A DNA stretch of 63,873 bases, counting the filler. It is 9 parts of 9 records of this genome, joined end to end, with 100 filler letters (N's around TTAATTAATTAA, not from the genome) between each part and the next. Parts side by side here need not be neighbours in the genome. Positions count along the whole stretch, not along the records: positions 25,438 to 40,843 come from SRR20825010_1741; 8 more parts are not named here. The stretch is one strand, 5' to 3'. Below are positions 29,699 through 38,713 of this stretch, one piece after another. The notes below the pieces were generated by a model. The model made no database searches and had not been told where the DNA came from. It saw nothing but the letters and a program-made list of their open reading frames with translations. A program made the position numbers and the translations under genes. Each line of letters opens with the position of its first letter. The stretch's first letter is position 1.

Positions 29699-29762
29699 CA
29701 CGTAAACACATGTCGTTTAATTGGTTAAATCGTCTCTTCGTTTACGTTTGAAAGGTTTGCTG

Positions 29763-29996
29763 ATGGGACGGCGCTATTTCACACGCAGACGGCACGCCAT
29801 AAAGGCAAGCCGTCTCTGGGTCAGAACCACGACGTGGATTGCCGCGCCGTGTCTGGTTTTGTGGCTGGGCCACAAGGCTGTCTCGCACGGCACGCTGGAT
29901 CTTCCCGCAGTCGCCGTGATTGCCGTTTTGGCCGCTATCTATCTGGTTTCGGTCCTGCGCGTGCGCGGGCTGTCCGGTGAATGGACATTTTTCTAA
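29763..29996 (+). CDS. Small hypothetical membrane protein (77 aa)
   Basis: Basic N-terminus plus two hydrophobic segments; AAGG upstream; fills the gap between cobU and the sRNA. Confidence 0.5.
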   Translation: MGRRYFTRRRHAIKASRLWVRTTTWIAAPCLVLWLGHKAVSHGTLDLPAVAVIAVLAAIYLVSVLRVRGLSGEWTFF

Positions 29997-30029
29997 ACCG
30001 GCAGGCGTCTGAGTGAGCCGCCTGCCCCG

Positions 30030-30560
30030 TCAGCTTCCCTTTACCTGAACCGGAAGCCCGGCAACAACCAGGGTTACCCTGTCCGCGAGCGCCGCGATGC
30101 GCTGATTGAGACGCCCCGCATGATCGCGGAAGGCGCGGGCCAGCTTGTTCTCCGGAACGATACCAAACCCGACCTCGTTGGCGACCAGCATCACGTCTCC
30201 CGCCGCCGCACTGACAGCCGCGCAAAGCCGGTCGACCTCAGCATCCATATCCGCGTCCGCAAGCAGATGGTTCGTCAGCCAGAGCGTCAGGCAGTCGACA
30301 AGCAGAACAGTGTCCGGCCCCGCCTCCCGCAGCAATACAGCCGCCAGATCCCTCGGCTCCTCGACGGTCCGCCAGCCATCCGCCGCACGATCCGCCCGGT
30401 GCTGCGCGATGCGGGCTTTCATCTCGTCGTCATGCGCTTCGGCCGTGGCGACATAGATCAATGCGCGGCCCGTCTTGCGGCAGATAGTTTCAGCATGGCG
30501 GCTCTTGCCCGAGCGGGCGCCACCCAGTATCAGGGTCACCGATCCGCTGCTTTGCGTCAT
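30030..30560 (-). CDS. cobU: Bifunctional adenosylcobinamide kinase/guanylyltransferase CobU/CobP
   Basis: GGARSGKS P-loop, YVATA, LVDCLTLWL, NEVGFGIVP and FRDHAGRLNQ. Confidence 0.96.
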   Translation of the reverse strand: MTQSSGSVTLILGGARSGKSRHAETICRKTGRALIYVATAEAHDDEMKARIAQHRADRAADGWRTVEEPRDLAAVLLREAGPDTVLLVDCLTLWLTNHLLADADMDAEVDRLCAAVSAAAGDVMLVANEVGFGIVPENKLARAFRDHAGRLNQRIAALADRVTLVVAGLPVQVKGS

Positions 30561-30650
30561 AAGGGCTGTCCTTCATTCGCCTGTTCCGCATGCACGGACC
30601 AGAGTACACTTTGACGATATCCGGTCCCACCCGGCAAACAGGAGCACACC

Positions 30651-30854
30651 ATGCCACAGGACGATCTGACCATGAGCACGCAGCTGCTTCTGGAATCCGT
30701 CGAGGAAGACACCACCGACCTGCGCGAGGCCTGGGAACAGCTCCAGCGTATTCTCAACACCATGCGCGCCGAAGGCCTGCAGCCGCCGGAAGATCTCCTG
30801 AAGCTGGAAGAACGCATGCAGGCCGATTTCGCGGCGGATAACAGCGGCAGCTAG
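30651..30854 (+). CDS. Small acidic hypothetical protein (67 aa)
   Basis: AGGAG RBS 6 nt upstream; high-GC3 codon usage; helical heptad-like pattern. Confidence 0.7.
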   Translation: MPQDDLTMSTQLLLESVEEDTTDLREAWEQLQRILNTMRAEGLQPPEDLLKLEERMQADFAADNSGS

Positions 30855-30880
30855 AACGCCCGCCCTGATCCTGAAGGCCG

Positions 30881-32401
30881 TTAGCGCACCATCCCCGAGG
30901 CTTTCGCCCGGGGATCGCCGACGGCGGCGAGCGTGCCGTCATCATTCACCGCGACCGCCTGTACCGAAGCCAGCATCGGGTCCCGGCCCGGGCTGAGCTT
31001 GAGCTGCAGGTTGCGTGCTTCGGCGATGCCGGCGACGGTCTCCTCAAGCTCGGCATCCGCCAGAAGCGTTTCGGTTTCCGCATGCAGCCGGGCACGGCCG
31101 ACCGCGGACGGCAGATCGTCGCCCAGCACCAGACGGTTGAACAGAACCTGCATAATCGATGTCGGAATCCGGGTCGAACCCGATGCACCGATGGCCATGC
31201 GCACCTTGCCGTCCCGGAACATCAGGCTCGGCATCATGCTGGAGACAGGGCGCTTGCCGCCGACCACCTCGTTCGGATTGCCGGGCCACGGGCTGAACAG
31301 CATCATCTGGTTGTTCAGCAGGATACCCGTCCCGGGCAGAACCACACCGGAATGATTGTTGTTTGAATAGGTGATGCAGGCCGCATTGCCTTGCCGGTCG
31401 ATCACGGCGAGGCTCGTGGTCTCGCTCGACTCCCCGGAGGTAACCTTCACGAACGCAGGGTCGCCATAACCGGCCGCCCGCTTCCGGAACATCTCCAGCA
31501 TCGCGCCCGCCAGCAGATCGTAGTGCGCGCCGTCCGTGACGCTCTTGCCCTCCAGCGCCGCCAGCCCGGCAAAGACCAACCCGCCCGAGGAAGGCGGCGG
31601 CATGGTCGCAACATCGTGCCCCTTGAAACGGGCTGTCGCCGGAGCCCGCCAGATCGCCTCGTAGCTTTCCAGATCGGCGCGGCTGAGAAAGCCCTCATGG
31701 GCCTCCATCTCTGCCAGCAGCTGATCCGCGAGAGCGCCTTTGTAAAAACAGTCCGGCCCGTCTTTCGCGATCATCCGGAGAGACTGGCCATATTCCGGAT
31801 TGGCCATCTCGTCACCGGCCCGGTAGAGGCTGCCATCCGGCTTCAGCAACAGTTTGCGCGTTGCTTCCGTCAGGTTCAGCAACTCTTCCGTCCGGGCCAT
31901 GCGCAGGGCTGCCTTGTGCCCGACCTTGAAGCCGCCTTCCGCCAGTCGGATCGCAGGCTCCATAACATCGGCCATCGCCAGCTTGCCGAATTTCGCCTGT
32001 GCCTCGCCGAGCCCGCGCACCGTTCCGGGAACGGCGACCGAGCGATGACCGCGTTCGTTCTCGCGGCCTTTCACCCGGACGATATAAGCGTTGTCGGTAT
32101 CCATGGAGGCATAGAGGTCGTAACGCGCCGTCATCGGCGCCACGCCGAGGAAATCGACGGCTTCTGTCTTCCCGGAAGCGGCATCGTGCATGATCATGAA
32201 GCCACCGGCGCCGATGCCGGAATCAAGCGGCTCCACCGTCCCCATGACATAGGCGGCCGCGACCGCCGCATCGATCGCATTGCCGCCCGCCTCGAGGATG
32301 TCCAGCGCCGCCCGGCTGGCGTCGGCATTACCGCATGCGGCCGCGCCGGCTTTCGGCGCGCCCTGCTGCCATGTCATGGAGGTCGGTTCCTGCTCGGCCA
32401 T
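30881..32401 (-). CDS. Gamma-glutamyltransferase family (Ntn hydrolase), cytoplasmic
   Basis: GGNAIDAAVA, EPLDSGIGAGGF, VAVPGTVRG, PPPSSGG, nucleophile ETTSLAVID, GILLNN and GKRPVSSM; no signal peptide. Confidence 0.9.
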   Translation of the reverse strand: MAEQEPTSMTWQQGAPKAGAAACGNADASRAALDILEAGGNAIDAAVAAAYVMGTVEPLDSGIGAGGFMIMHDAASGKTEAVDFLGVAPMTARYDLYASMDTDNAYIVRVKGRENERGHRSVAVPGTVRGLGEAQAKFGKLAMADVMEPAIRLAEGGFKVGHKAALRMARTEELLNLTEATRKLLLKPDGSLYRAGDEMANPEYGQSLRMIAKDGPDCFYKGALADQLLAEMEAHEGFLSRADLESYEAIWRAPATARFKGHDVATMPPPSSGGLVFAGLAALEGKSVTDGAHYDLLAGAMLEMFRKRAAGYGDPAFVKVTSGESSETTSLAVIDRQGNAACITYSNNNHSGVVLPGTGILLNNQMMLFSPWPGNPNEVVGGKRPVSSMMPSLMFRDGKVRMAIGASGSTRIPTSIMQVLFNRLVLGDDLPSAVGRARLHAETETLLADAELEETVAGIAEARNLQLKLSPGRDPMLASVQAVAVNDDGTLAAVGDPRAKASGMVR

Positions 32402-32620
32402 GTCACCCTCTGAATGCGTACGTGAAAACGCCAGAGTGTGATCCATTCCGGCCCGGCCTGCACACGAATATTGCGATATGCAGAATACCCATTCCGGCAT
32501 TGATCGCGCTGCTCGCCGACAATCGTGCAACCGTCGGCTCTTGCCCGTCATCCGCCGCCGGTCTATGTCGGAACCTGGCCCCGCGCCGTTCCATTATCCG
32601 TGCCGAGAAAGAGATATCCC

Positions 32621-33619
32621 GTGTCGAAGACCCATCGCCTGCTCCTGACCCAGCCGAAAGGCAGCCCGCGCTACGAGATGCTGAAAAACAACCTGGAAAC
32701 GGATTGGGAAATCGAGACCTGGTCGAAGGATGATGGCGAGGATGCCTTCCGCGAGCGGATTGCGACGGTGGACGTGCTGGTCGGCGGCGGCGTGCCGGAC
32801 CTGCCGGAAGGCATTCCGCTGAAGCTGTTCCAGATCCCCTTTACCGGCTACGACTGGACCGGACCGGAGAAGATCCCGGCGGGCACGGTGGTCTGCAACA
32901 CCTTCGAACATGAAACCACGATCGCCGAGCACGTGCTCGCCGGCATGCTGGAATTCCAGACCGGCCTGATGCGCGAGACCCATCCGGTGATGAAGGAAAA
33001 ATCCTTCAACGGCCGGGACATCTCGAAGGGCCCGATGCACCGGGAGATGCGCGGCGCCACCGTCGGCATCGTCGGCTATGGCCATATCGGCCGCGAAGTG
33101 GCGAAGCGGTGCAAGGCCTTCGACATGCGGGTCATGGCGCTGTCCCGCACCAAGCGGGACGAGCCGGGTGTGGTCGACTGGTACGGCACTCTCGACGACA
33201 TGGACACACTGCTGGCCGAGAGCGATTTCGTTATCGTCACCGCACCGCTGAATGACGACACGCGCAGCATGATCGACGGCGCCGCCTTCGGAAAAATGAA
33301 GTCCGACGCGGTGATCTGCAATGTCGGACGCGGTGCCGTGGTGGATGAGGCCGCGCTTTACGAGGCGCTGTCGAGCAAGCAGATCCGGGGCGGCATCATC
33401 GATGTCTGGTACACCTACCCGTCGAAGAAAGACCCCAATCCCTGGCCGTCCAAATTCCCGTTCCAGAAGCTCGACAACATCATCATGTCGCCGCACAACT
33501 CGGCCTGGAGCAACGAGATGGCCAACCGCCGCTGGGCTTTCGTCGCCGCCAATCTCGACCGGTTCGCCCGGGGCGAGGAGCTACAGAATTTCTGCTTCGA
33601 GGGCATCCGCCAGGGCTGA
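32621..33619 (+). CDS. D-2-hydroxyacid dehydrogenase family protein
   Basis: GIVGYGHIG, CNVGRG, IDVW and MSPHNS motifs; GTG start at 32621. Confidence 0.92.
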   Translation: MSKTHRLLLTQPKGSPRYEMLKNNLETDWEIETWSKDDGEDAFRERIATVDVLVGGGVPDLPEGIPLKLFQIPFTGYDWTGPEKIPAGTVVCNTFEHETTIAEHVLAGMLEFQTGLMRETHPVMKEKSFNGRDISKGPMHREMRGATVGIVGYGHIGREVAKRCKAFDMRVMALSRTKRDEPGVVDWYGTLDDMDTLLAESDFVIVTAPLNDDTRSMIDGAAFGKMKSDAVICNVGRGAVVDEAALYEALSSKQIRGGIIDVWYTYPSKKDPNPWPSKFPFQKLDNIIMSPHNSAWSNEMANRRWAFVAANLDRFARGEELQNFCFEGIRQG

Positions 33620-33713
33620 GTAACGAGCACACCTTACTTAAACAATTAAGCAGGACGTGGCGCTTCAACGTCCCGTCCTGCCTTCTCGGAAAGTTTCTTC
33701 GGTGTCTGGCTCT

Positions 33714-34475
33714 TTATCTGGAGCTGTCAGTAGCCATTATACCAGTGAAAGACGCACCAGCTCGTGACAATGGGACAATCGTAGCGGCCATCTGCAACAA
33801 ATTCAGATCTGCCGAATCCCACTCAAGGTCATCGTCATACACAACCCGTTGAACAATGTTGTGATCTTCGCGCTGCTTGAGATCCAAATGCGCAATAGCC
33901 CTTGCGTTGATCGAATTTGAATCCGGCAGCACGGGGTCCACAACGAGCAAATGCTCTCGATCGAGCCTAATTACCCTATCGAATTTATAGGACCTGTTGC
34001 TTTTCCCTTGGAGGCGCTCTTCAGACATTATTCTGTCTTTCGCGAACGATCCTGAAAGCAACTCGTGAAGTTCATGACGAATATTGCGCCTGTGCTTCAC
34101 TTTCAAATTCTCCGCCCCCCATTGGGCGGCAGCAGCTGATACGTTGGCAACATACAAGATTGCGGACGCTAGGCACTCAGATGACACTGCCGGGGACAGA
34201 ATGGCGCCGTCTTTCGCATGAAGCCCTGAATGCCGACAGAAACGACGGAGAATCCTATCCGGATCATCAACGATCCGGTTGTGCGATACCAACTCGCCTA
34301 TTGCACCACCATCATCCGAGACAATAGCCCGATTTGAACCACCGTGTACGAAAACGACCACAGAGGCGCCGGATGGATACAGACAGTGTGTCGGCACCGC
34401 CACTGAGTTTTCAGATACGCGCCGAGGCTCGCTAAAGTCCTTCAGCGCATCCGCGATGAATTCTACCCCGCTCAT
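33714..34475 (-). CDS. DUF1828/DUF1829-like protein (N-terminal alpha/beta domain + restriction-endonuclease-like C-terminal domain)
   Basis: P...YPSG..VVVFV...IVSDDGGAI (DUF1828-like); LQGKSNRSYKFDRVI...VVDPV...VVYDD (DUF1829-like); low GC. Confidence 0.65.
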   Translation of the reverse strand: MSGVEFIADALKDFSEPRRVSENSVAVPTHCLYPSGASVVVFVHGGSNRAIVSDDGGAIGELVSHNRIVDDPDRILRRFCRHSGLHAKDGAILSPAVSSECLASAILYVANVSAAAAQWGAENLKVKHRRNIRHELHELLSGSFAKDRIMSEERLQGKSNRSYKFDRVIRLDREHLLVVDPVLPDSNSINARAIAHLDLKQREDHNIVQRVVYDDDLEWDSADLNLLQMAATIVPLSRAGASFTGIMATDSSR

Positions 34476-34972
34476 ACCAAACTCTCCCGCTTCGGCAGGT
34501 CCGGAATCTGTTCCGGCTGCGCTATATTAGTCTCGCCCAAGAACCAACGGAAAGCGTTCTCCCAACTCTGCACGTTTTGTGGCAGTGGCGCTCTCCACAA
34601 GAGCGGATCCGGAATGCTTTTGGGCGTAGCATCACCCCTGTTTAAGTGCCAAGGATGATAGTGAGGCCCGCATATGCGCTCACCACTACGTGGATGACCA
34701 GCGCGAAATGGGTTTATCTCTGATCTATATGGAGGCTCGTAATCGAGCCGCCAAATATTTAAATCCCGGAAATTTAACGTTATCGTGAACCGAAATTCAG
34801 CACTGCCCGGATATGCGGTTACACACAGCGTACAATTTGTACTTTCTCCAGAGACTAAGACAGGCCAAATAAGGCGCCTCTCTATCGAGCGGTTTCCGTC
34901 TCCAAAACTCGGGTTTCCGATTAACTCCTTGTTTGCAGCAAGAAGCTGATCGACCAAATCTGCAACACTCAT
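34472..34972 (-). CDS. Hypothetical protein with RLD...NP...GPHYH motif (DUF6978-like)
   Basis: IWRLDY...INP...GERICGPHYHPW...AFRWFL..TNI; stop overlaps next start (ATGA); low GC. Confidence 0.6.
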   Translation of the reverse strand: MSVADLVDQLLAANKELIGNPSFGDGNRSIERRLIWPVLVSGESTNCTLCVTAYPGSAEFRFTITLNFRDLNIWRLDYEPPYRSEINPFRAGHPRSGERICGPHYHPWHLNRGDATPKSIPDPLLWRAPLPQNVQSWENAFRWFLGETNIAQPEQIPDLPKRESLV

Positions 34973-35124
34973 TCACAACCCCGAATTGCAACGGAAATAA
35001 ACAATATCGATTATGAATCTGCAATGCCACTTGGTTCGAAGAGCTTCAGCGCCAAAGTTCAGTTTCAAAGTCCATGGAACCGATTCGTAAGCGTACCCCC
35101 TGAGGTCCCTCATAATCAGGCTTC

Positions 35125-35155
35125 AAAACAAACCGGCCGGGCACAGGGCCCGGCC
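35125..35155 (-). terminator. Intrinsic terminator of porin gene
   Basis: GGCCGGGC-5 nt-GCCCGGCC followed by GGTTTGTTTT on the minus strand. Confidence 0.65.
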
Positions 35156-35199
35156 AATCCGCACTCTCGGGTAAGGGATACCCGATCAGAATTCGTCAG

Positions 35200-36300
35200 T
35201 CAGAACTCGATTGTCATCCCGACCAGAGCCGCCGTGCCTTCGTTCTTGGAGCCGGTTTCGTCCTTGAACTCGCTGTGGAACAGGCTGCCGAGCAGGGCCA
35301 CGCCCGGGCCGATCTCGTAATTCGCCGACAGCATGATCGCATCGTTCTCGCTTTCGCCTGCGACAGCGACCTGATCCTCGAACTCGCCCTTGTAATAGGA
35401 CAGGCTGACCGTCATCGGATCGAAGGCGTATGAGACGCCGATATCGAAGCCCTCTCCGTCGAGCGAAGTCGCCGTATCGGTTCCGCTGCCGGCATTGCCG
35501 TCCGTGTTGGCGTAGGAACCGCCAACCGTGAAGCCGGCATGGGCGACCTCGAAGCCGAAGCTATACCCCTTGGCCCGGTCAGCCGTGCTGTTATCCGGTG
35601 CGGACGCGGTCAGGAAACCGGCCGCGAGGGCAAGCGAGGTGCCTTCGCCGAAATCGCGGACATAGTTCACGCCGATGGCGAAACCGTCCTTGTAGAGATC
35701 GCCTGCCGGCTGGGCGTTGCTGTCCCGCTCGAATTCCGGGATGTAGGACACGCCGAGCTGCAGATCCATGAGCCGCGGTGAGTAATAGGTCAGCTTGGTG
35801 CCCTTGTCCTCGCCGAGGAACAGATAGGTCGACTTGAAAGCGGAATCGGAATCGCCGCCGGTCGGATTGTCGATCCAGTCGTCGATATCCCCGTCATTGA
35901 TGCCGAGACCGACATCCGGTGCCGCATAATGCATCTGGGCGGCGGCGTTATCGCGTTTGCCAAGCTCCAGCCGGCCAAACTTTGCCTCGGCCCAGCTGTA
36001 GCTGTCCTTGATCTGCTCGCCATCGTCGGAATTGCCGTTGAGCACGACCTCGACGCCGACCTGCAGACCGTTATCCAGCGTGAAATCACCGGCAAAGCCG
36101 AGTTCCGTGTCGGACTTGACGTCGAAGCCGGACGTATCGGCCGTGCCGGTATCGTCATTGTCGGCATACCCGAAATACTGGGTCATGTAGCCTTCAATGC
36201 CGAGATGCAGTTTTTCCGCCGCATCGGCCGTCGGCGCCCAGGCTGCCGCGGCGGTGGCGAACACAAGCGGCAAGCCGCCACGTCTGAGAGACTGGATCAA
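35200..36300 (-). CDS. Outer membrane porin (Gram-negative porin family)
   Basis: Signal peptide (..ADA|AE), LDNGLQVGV, FGRLELG and KLTYYSPR; C-terminal Phe; AAGGAG RBS before TTG start. Confidence 0.93.
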   Translation of the reverse strand: MIQSLRRGGLPLVFATAAAAWAPTADAAEKLHLGIEGYMTQYFGYADNDDTGTADTSGFDVKSDTELGFAGDFTLDNGLQVGVEVVLNGNSDDGEQIKDSYSWAEAKFGRLELGKRDNAAAQMHYAAPDVGLGINDGDIDDWIDNPTGGDSDSAFKSTYLFLGEDKGTKLTYYSPRLMDLQLGVSYIPEFERDSNAQPAGDLYKDGFAIGVNYVRDFGEGTSLALAAGFLTASAPDNSTADRAKGYSFGFEVAHAGFTVGGSYANTDGNAGSGTDTATSLDGEGFDIGVSYAFDPMTVSLSYYKGEFEDQVAVAGESENDAIMLSANYEIGPGVALLGSLFHSEFKDETGSKNEGTAALVGMTIEF

Positions 36301-36368
36301 TTGATCACTCCTTGAAGAAGGTCACCCGCCGCAGCGACTGCGGAGGGCAATGGTGGATTTTCATGTAT

Positions 36369-36385
36369 TTGCGAATAATTCGCAA
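36369..36385. promoter_or_regulatory. Perfect palindrome resembling the alphaproteobacterial Fur box
   Basis: TTGCGAAT-A-ATTCGCAA, ~70 bp upstream of the porin start. Confidence 0.65.
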
Positions 36386-36427
36386 TATCATTTTGAATGA
36401 TGATTTATGATATGTTATAATATTACA

Positions 36428-37294
36428 TTAAAGCAAGCCGGTTAATGCCCGCACAAGCACGGCAGTAAGCGCGGACCGGGTCGAGGCGTGCCGCTCGACG
36501 ACAATGACCCGGCGCGTCGCGACAGGATCGCCAAACGGCAGGACCCTGAGTGCGTCCCGTGTTCCGGGGCCGAGCGCATAGGCAGGCACCACGGCGACGC
36601 CCAGCCCGCAGCTCACCATCTCGATGATCGGCTCGATTGCATCCAGCTCCATCGCCTCATCCACCTGAAGCGCACGGTCCCGCAAGCCATGCTCGATGAT
36701 CCGGCCGACTCCGGTGCGCCGGTTGAAACGGATGAAGGGATGGCGGGTCAGCAGCGCCGCATCCGTCGCACCGGTCAGCGCCAGGGGCGCGATCACGGAT
36801 AACGGCTCCTCGAAAACCAGATACTCCTTCAGCTCCGGCAGCAACCGGTCCGGCGCCGTCAGGATAGCGGCATCAAGCTCCCCGTGCGCGACCCGCCCGA
36901 GCAGGCCCGCGGAAAGCCCGCTTTCAATCCGCACCCGCAGATCCGGATATTTCTCATGCAGGCTTGTCAGCGCGCCCGGAAGAATGCCGGTGCTGGCGGT
37001 CTGGATCACACCGAGCCGGAGCGTGCCCGCGATATGCCCGTCGGGCTGCACCGACTGCTTCAGATCCTCGTACTGGGTCAGGATCGCCCGTGCCTGCGGG
37101 ATCAGAGCCGCGCCCCGGTCATTCAGCACCGGCGGGCGGCGGGACCGGTCGAACAGATCCGCACCCAATTCCTGCTCCAGTGTCCGCATCTGCATGCTGA
37201 CGGCGGATTGGGCCAGCGCGAGACCGTCCGCGGCGGCGGCGAAACTGCCCCGTGAGGCGACTTCGAGAAAGATCTGCAGGCGGCGCAGGGACAT
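36428..37294 (-). CDS. LysR family transcriptional regulator
   Basis: LRRLQIFLEVASRGSFAAAADGLALAQSAVSMQMRTLEQELGADLFDR HTH; divergent from acdA. Confidence 0.96.
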   Translation of the reverse strand: MSLRRLQIFLEVASRGSFAAAADGLALAQSAVSMQMRTLEQELGADLFDRSRRPPVLNDRGAALIPQARAILTQYEDLKQSVQPDGHIAGTLRLGVIQTASTGILPGALTSLHEKYPDLRVRIESGLSAGLLGRVAHGELDAAILTAPDRLLPELKEYLVFEEPLSVIAPLALTGATDAALLTRHPFIRFNRRTGVGRIIEHGLRDRALQVDEAMELDAIEPIIEMVSCGLGVAVVPAYALGPGTRDALRVLPFGDPVATRRVIVVERHASTRSALTAVLVRALTGLL

Positions 37295-37303
37295 CGGCTT
37301 TTC

Positions 37304-37333
37304 TTCACTATTTCTGAATTTAAGTATCAGAAA
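37304..37333. promoter_or_regulatory. LysR-type operator
   Basis: TTCA-N7-TGAA (T-N11-A) at 37304-37318, overlapping a TTTCTGA-N9-TCAGAAA dyad, in the divergent promoter region. Confidence 0.6.
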
Positions 37334-37440
37334 TATGCGCTTGCCTGAAGTTATTCCCAACCGCACACTTCACGGAGCCGTGAGACGCGCGTGAAATCCG
37401 CGCTCCACGAAAAACAAGAACACCTGCGTGAGGAAACGCC

Positions 37441-38676
37441 ATGTTTTTCGACCTGACCCCGGAGCAGAAAGACCTGCAGGCCCGCGCCCGCGCGCTTGCG
37501 GTGGATGTCATCGCCCCGCGCGCCGCCGAGGTGGACCGCAGCGAGCAATATCCCTGGGACAATGTTCAGGCGCTGACAGACGCCGGTTTCATGGGCATGA
37601 CCGTGCCGAAGGAATATGGCGGGCCCGGCCGTTCCTATCTCGATACCGTGCTGGTGATCGAGGAAATGGCAGCGGCCTGCGGCGTCACCGGCCGGATCAC
37701 GGTCGAGGGCAATATGGGCGCGATCTCCGCGATCATGACCTATGGGACCGACGCCCAGAAGAAGCTTGGCGCCGAGCATGTACTGTCCGGCGACAAGCTG
37801 GCCATCTGCATCACCGAGCCGGATGCCGGCAGTGCGGCGACCCTGATGACCACCCGGGCCGACAAGCGCGGCGATACCTATGTGCTGAACGGCAAGAAAC
37901 ACTGGATCACGGGCGGCGGCGTCTCCCGCCTACACCTGATCTTCGCCCGCGTCTTTGACGAGGACGGCACCGAGCTCGGCATCGGCGGCTTCCTCGCCGA
38001 CAAGGATAAAGCGGACGGACTTGTCATCGGCACCCGCGAGCCGACCATGGGCCTGCGCGGCATTCCGGAAACCGAAATCATCTTCAACGACCTGGAAATC
38101 CCGGCCTCCATGGCCCTGCTGCCGCCAAGCGGCTTCAAGCGCGGCTTCGCCGATCTGATGAGCGCCTATAACGCCCAGCGCGTCGGCGCCGGAACCGTGG
38201 GCATGGGCATCGCCGCCGGGGCCTACCGGCACGCCCTTGCCTTCGCCGGCGAGCGCGAGCAGTTCGGCCGCCCGATTGCCGAATTCCAGGGCCTGCAATG
38301 GATGCTGGCGGACATGTCCGTGCAGCTCGAGGCGGCCCGTTCCCTGATCTACCGGGCGGCAGCCAGCGCCGAAGGCCCGAGCGCTCCGTTCCCAGACGCG
38401 ACACTCGCGGCCCAGGCCAAGATCATGGCGTCCGAAATGGCCATCAAGGTGACCACGGACGCCCTGCAGGTGTTCGGCGCGCGCGGCTATTCCCGGAACT
38501 ATCCGATGGAACGGATGCAGCGGGACGCGCGCATGTTCACGATCGGCGGAGGCACCGCACAGATCTTGCGCACCGTCGTGGCCTCCCGCATTCTCGAGCG
38601 GAAATTGCCGCAGACCCGGGACGGCCACCAGCGCCTCGCGGAAAAAGAAACCGCCGCCCGGCTCGCCGCCGAATAG
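37441..38676 (+). CDS. acdA: 3-sulfinopropionyl-CoA desulfinase (acyl-CoA dehydrogenase fold)
   Basis: ACAD fold lacking the catalytic Glu (FTIGGGTAQILR; AYNAQRVG); GRITV, AICITEP, WITGGGVSRLHLIFARV and KLPQTRDG match the Advenella Acd desulfinase signature as I recall it. Confidence 0.85.
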   Translation: MFFDLTPEQKDLQARARALAVDVIAPRAAEVDRSEQYPWDNVQALTDAGFMGMTVPKEYGGPGRSYLDTVLVIEEMAAACGVTGRITVEGNMGAISAIMTYGTDAQKKLGAEHVLSGDKLAICITEPDAGSAATLMTTRADKRGDTYVLNGKKHWITGGGVSRLHLIFARVFDEDGTELGIGGFLADKDKADGLVIGTREPTMGLRGIPETEIIFNDLEIPASMALLPPSGFKRGFADLMSAYNAQRVGAGTVGMGIAAGAYRHALAFAGEREQFGRPIAEFQGLQWMLADMSVQLEAARSLIYRAAASAEGPSAPFPDATLAAQAKIMASEMAIKVTTDALQVFGARGYSRNYPMERMQRDARMFTIGGGTAQILRTVVASRILERKLPQTRDGHQRLAEKETAARLAAE

Positions 38677-38713
38677 TCTCTTCAGACTGGCCCCGTCAGA
38701 CAGGAACAGCCCC

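Noticed and set aside
29462-29720. Cobalamin riboswitch upstream of cbiB
   Set aside because: No recognisable B12-box or core motifs (GGGAA...GCCCCCGCAACTGT, GCCACTG). The structure fits a short independent transcript better.
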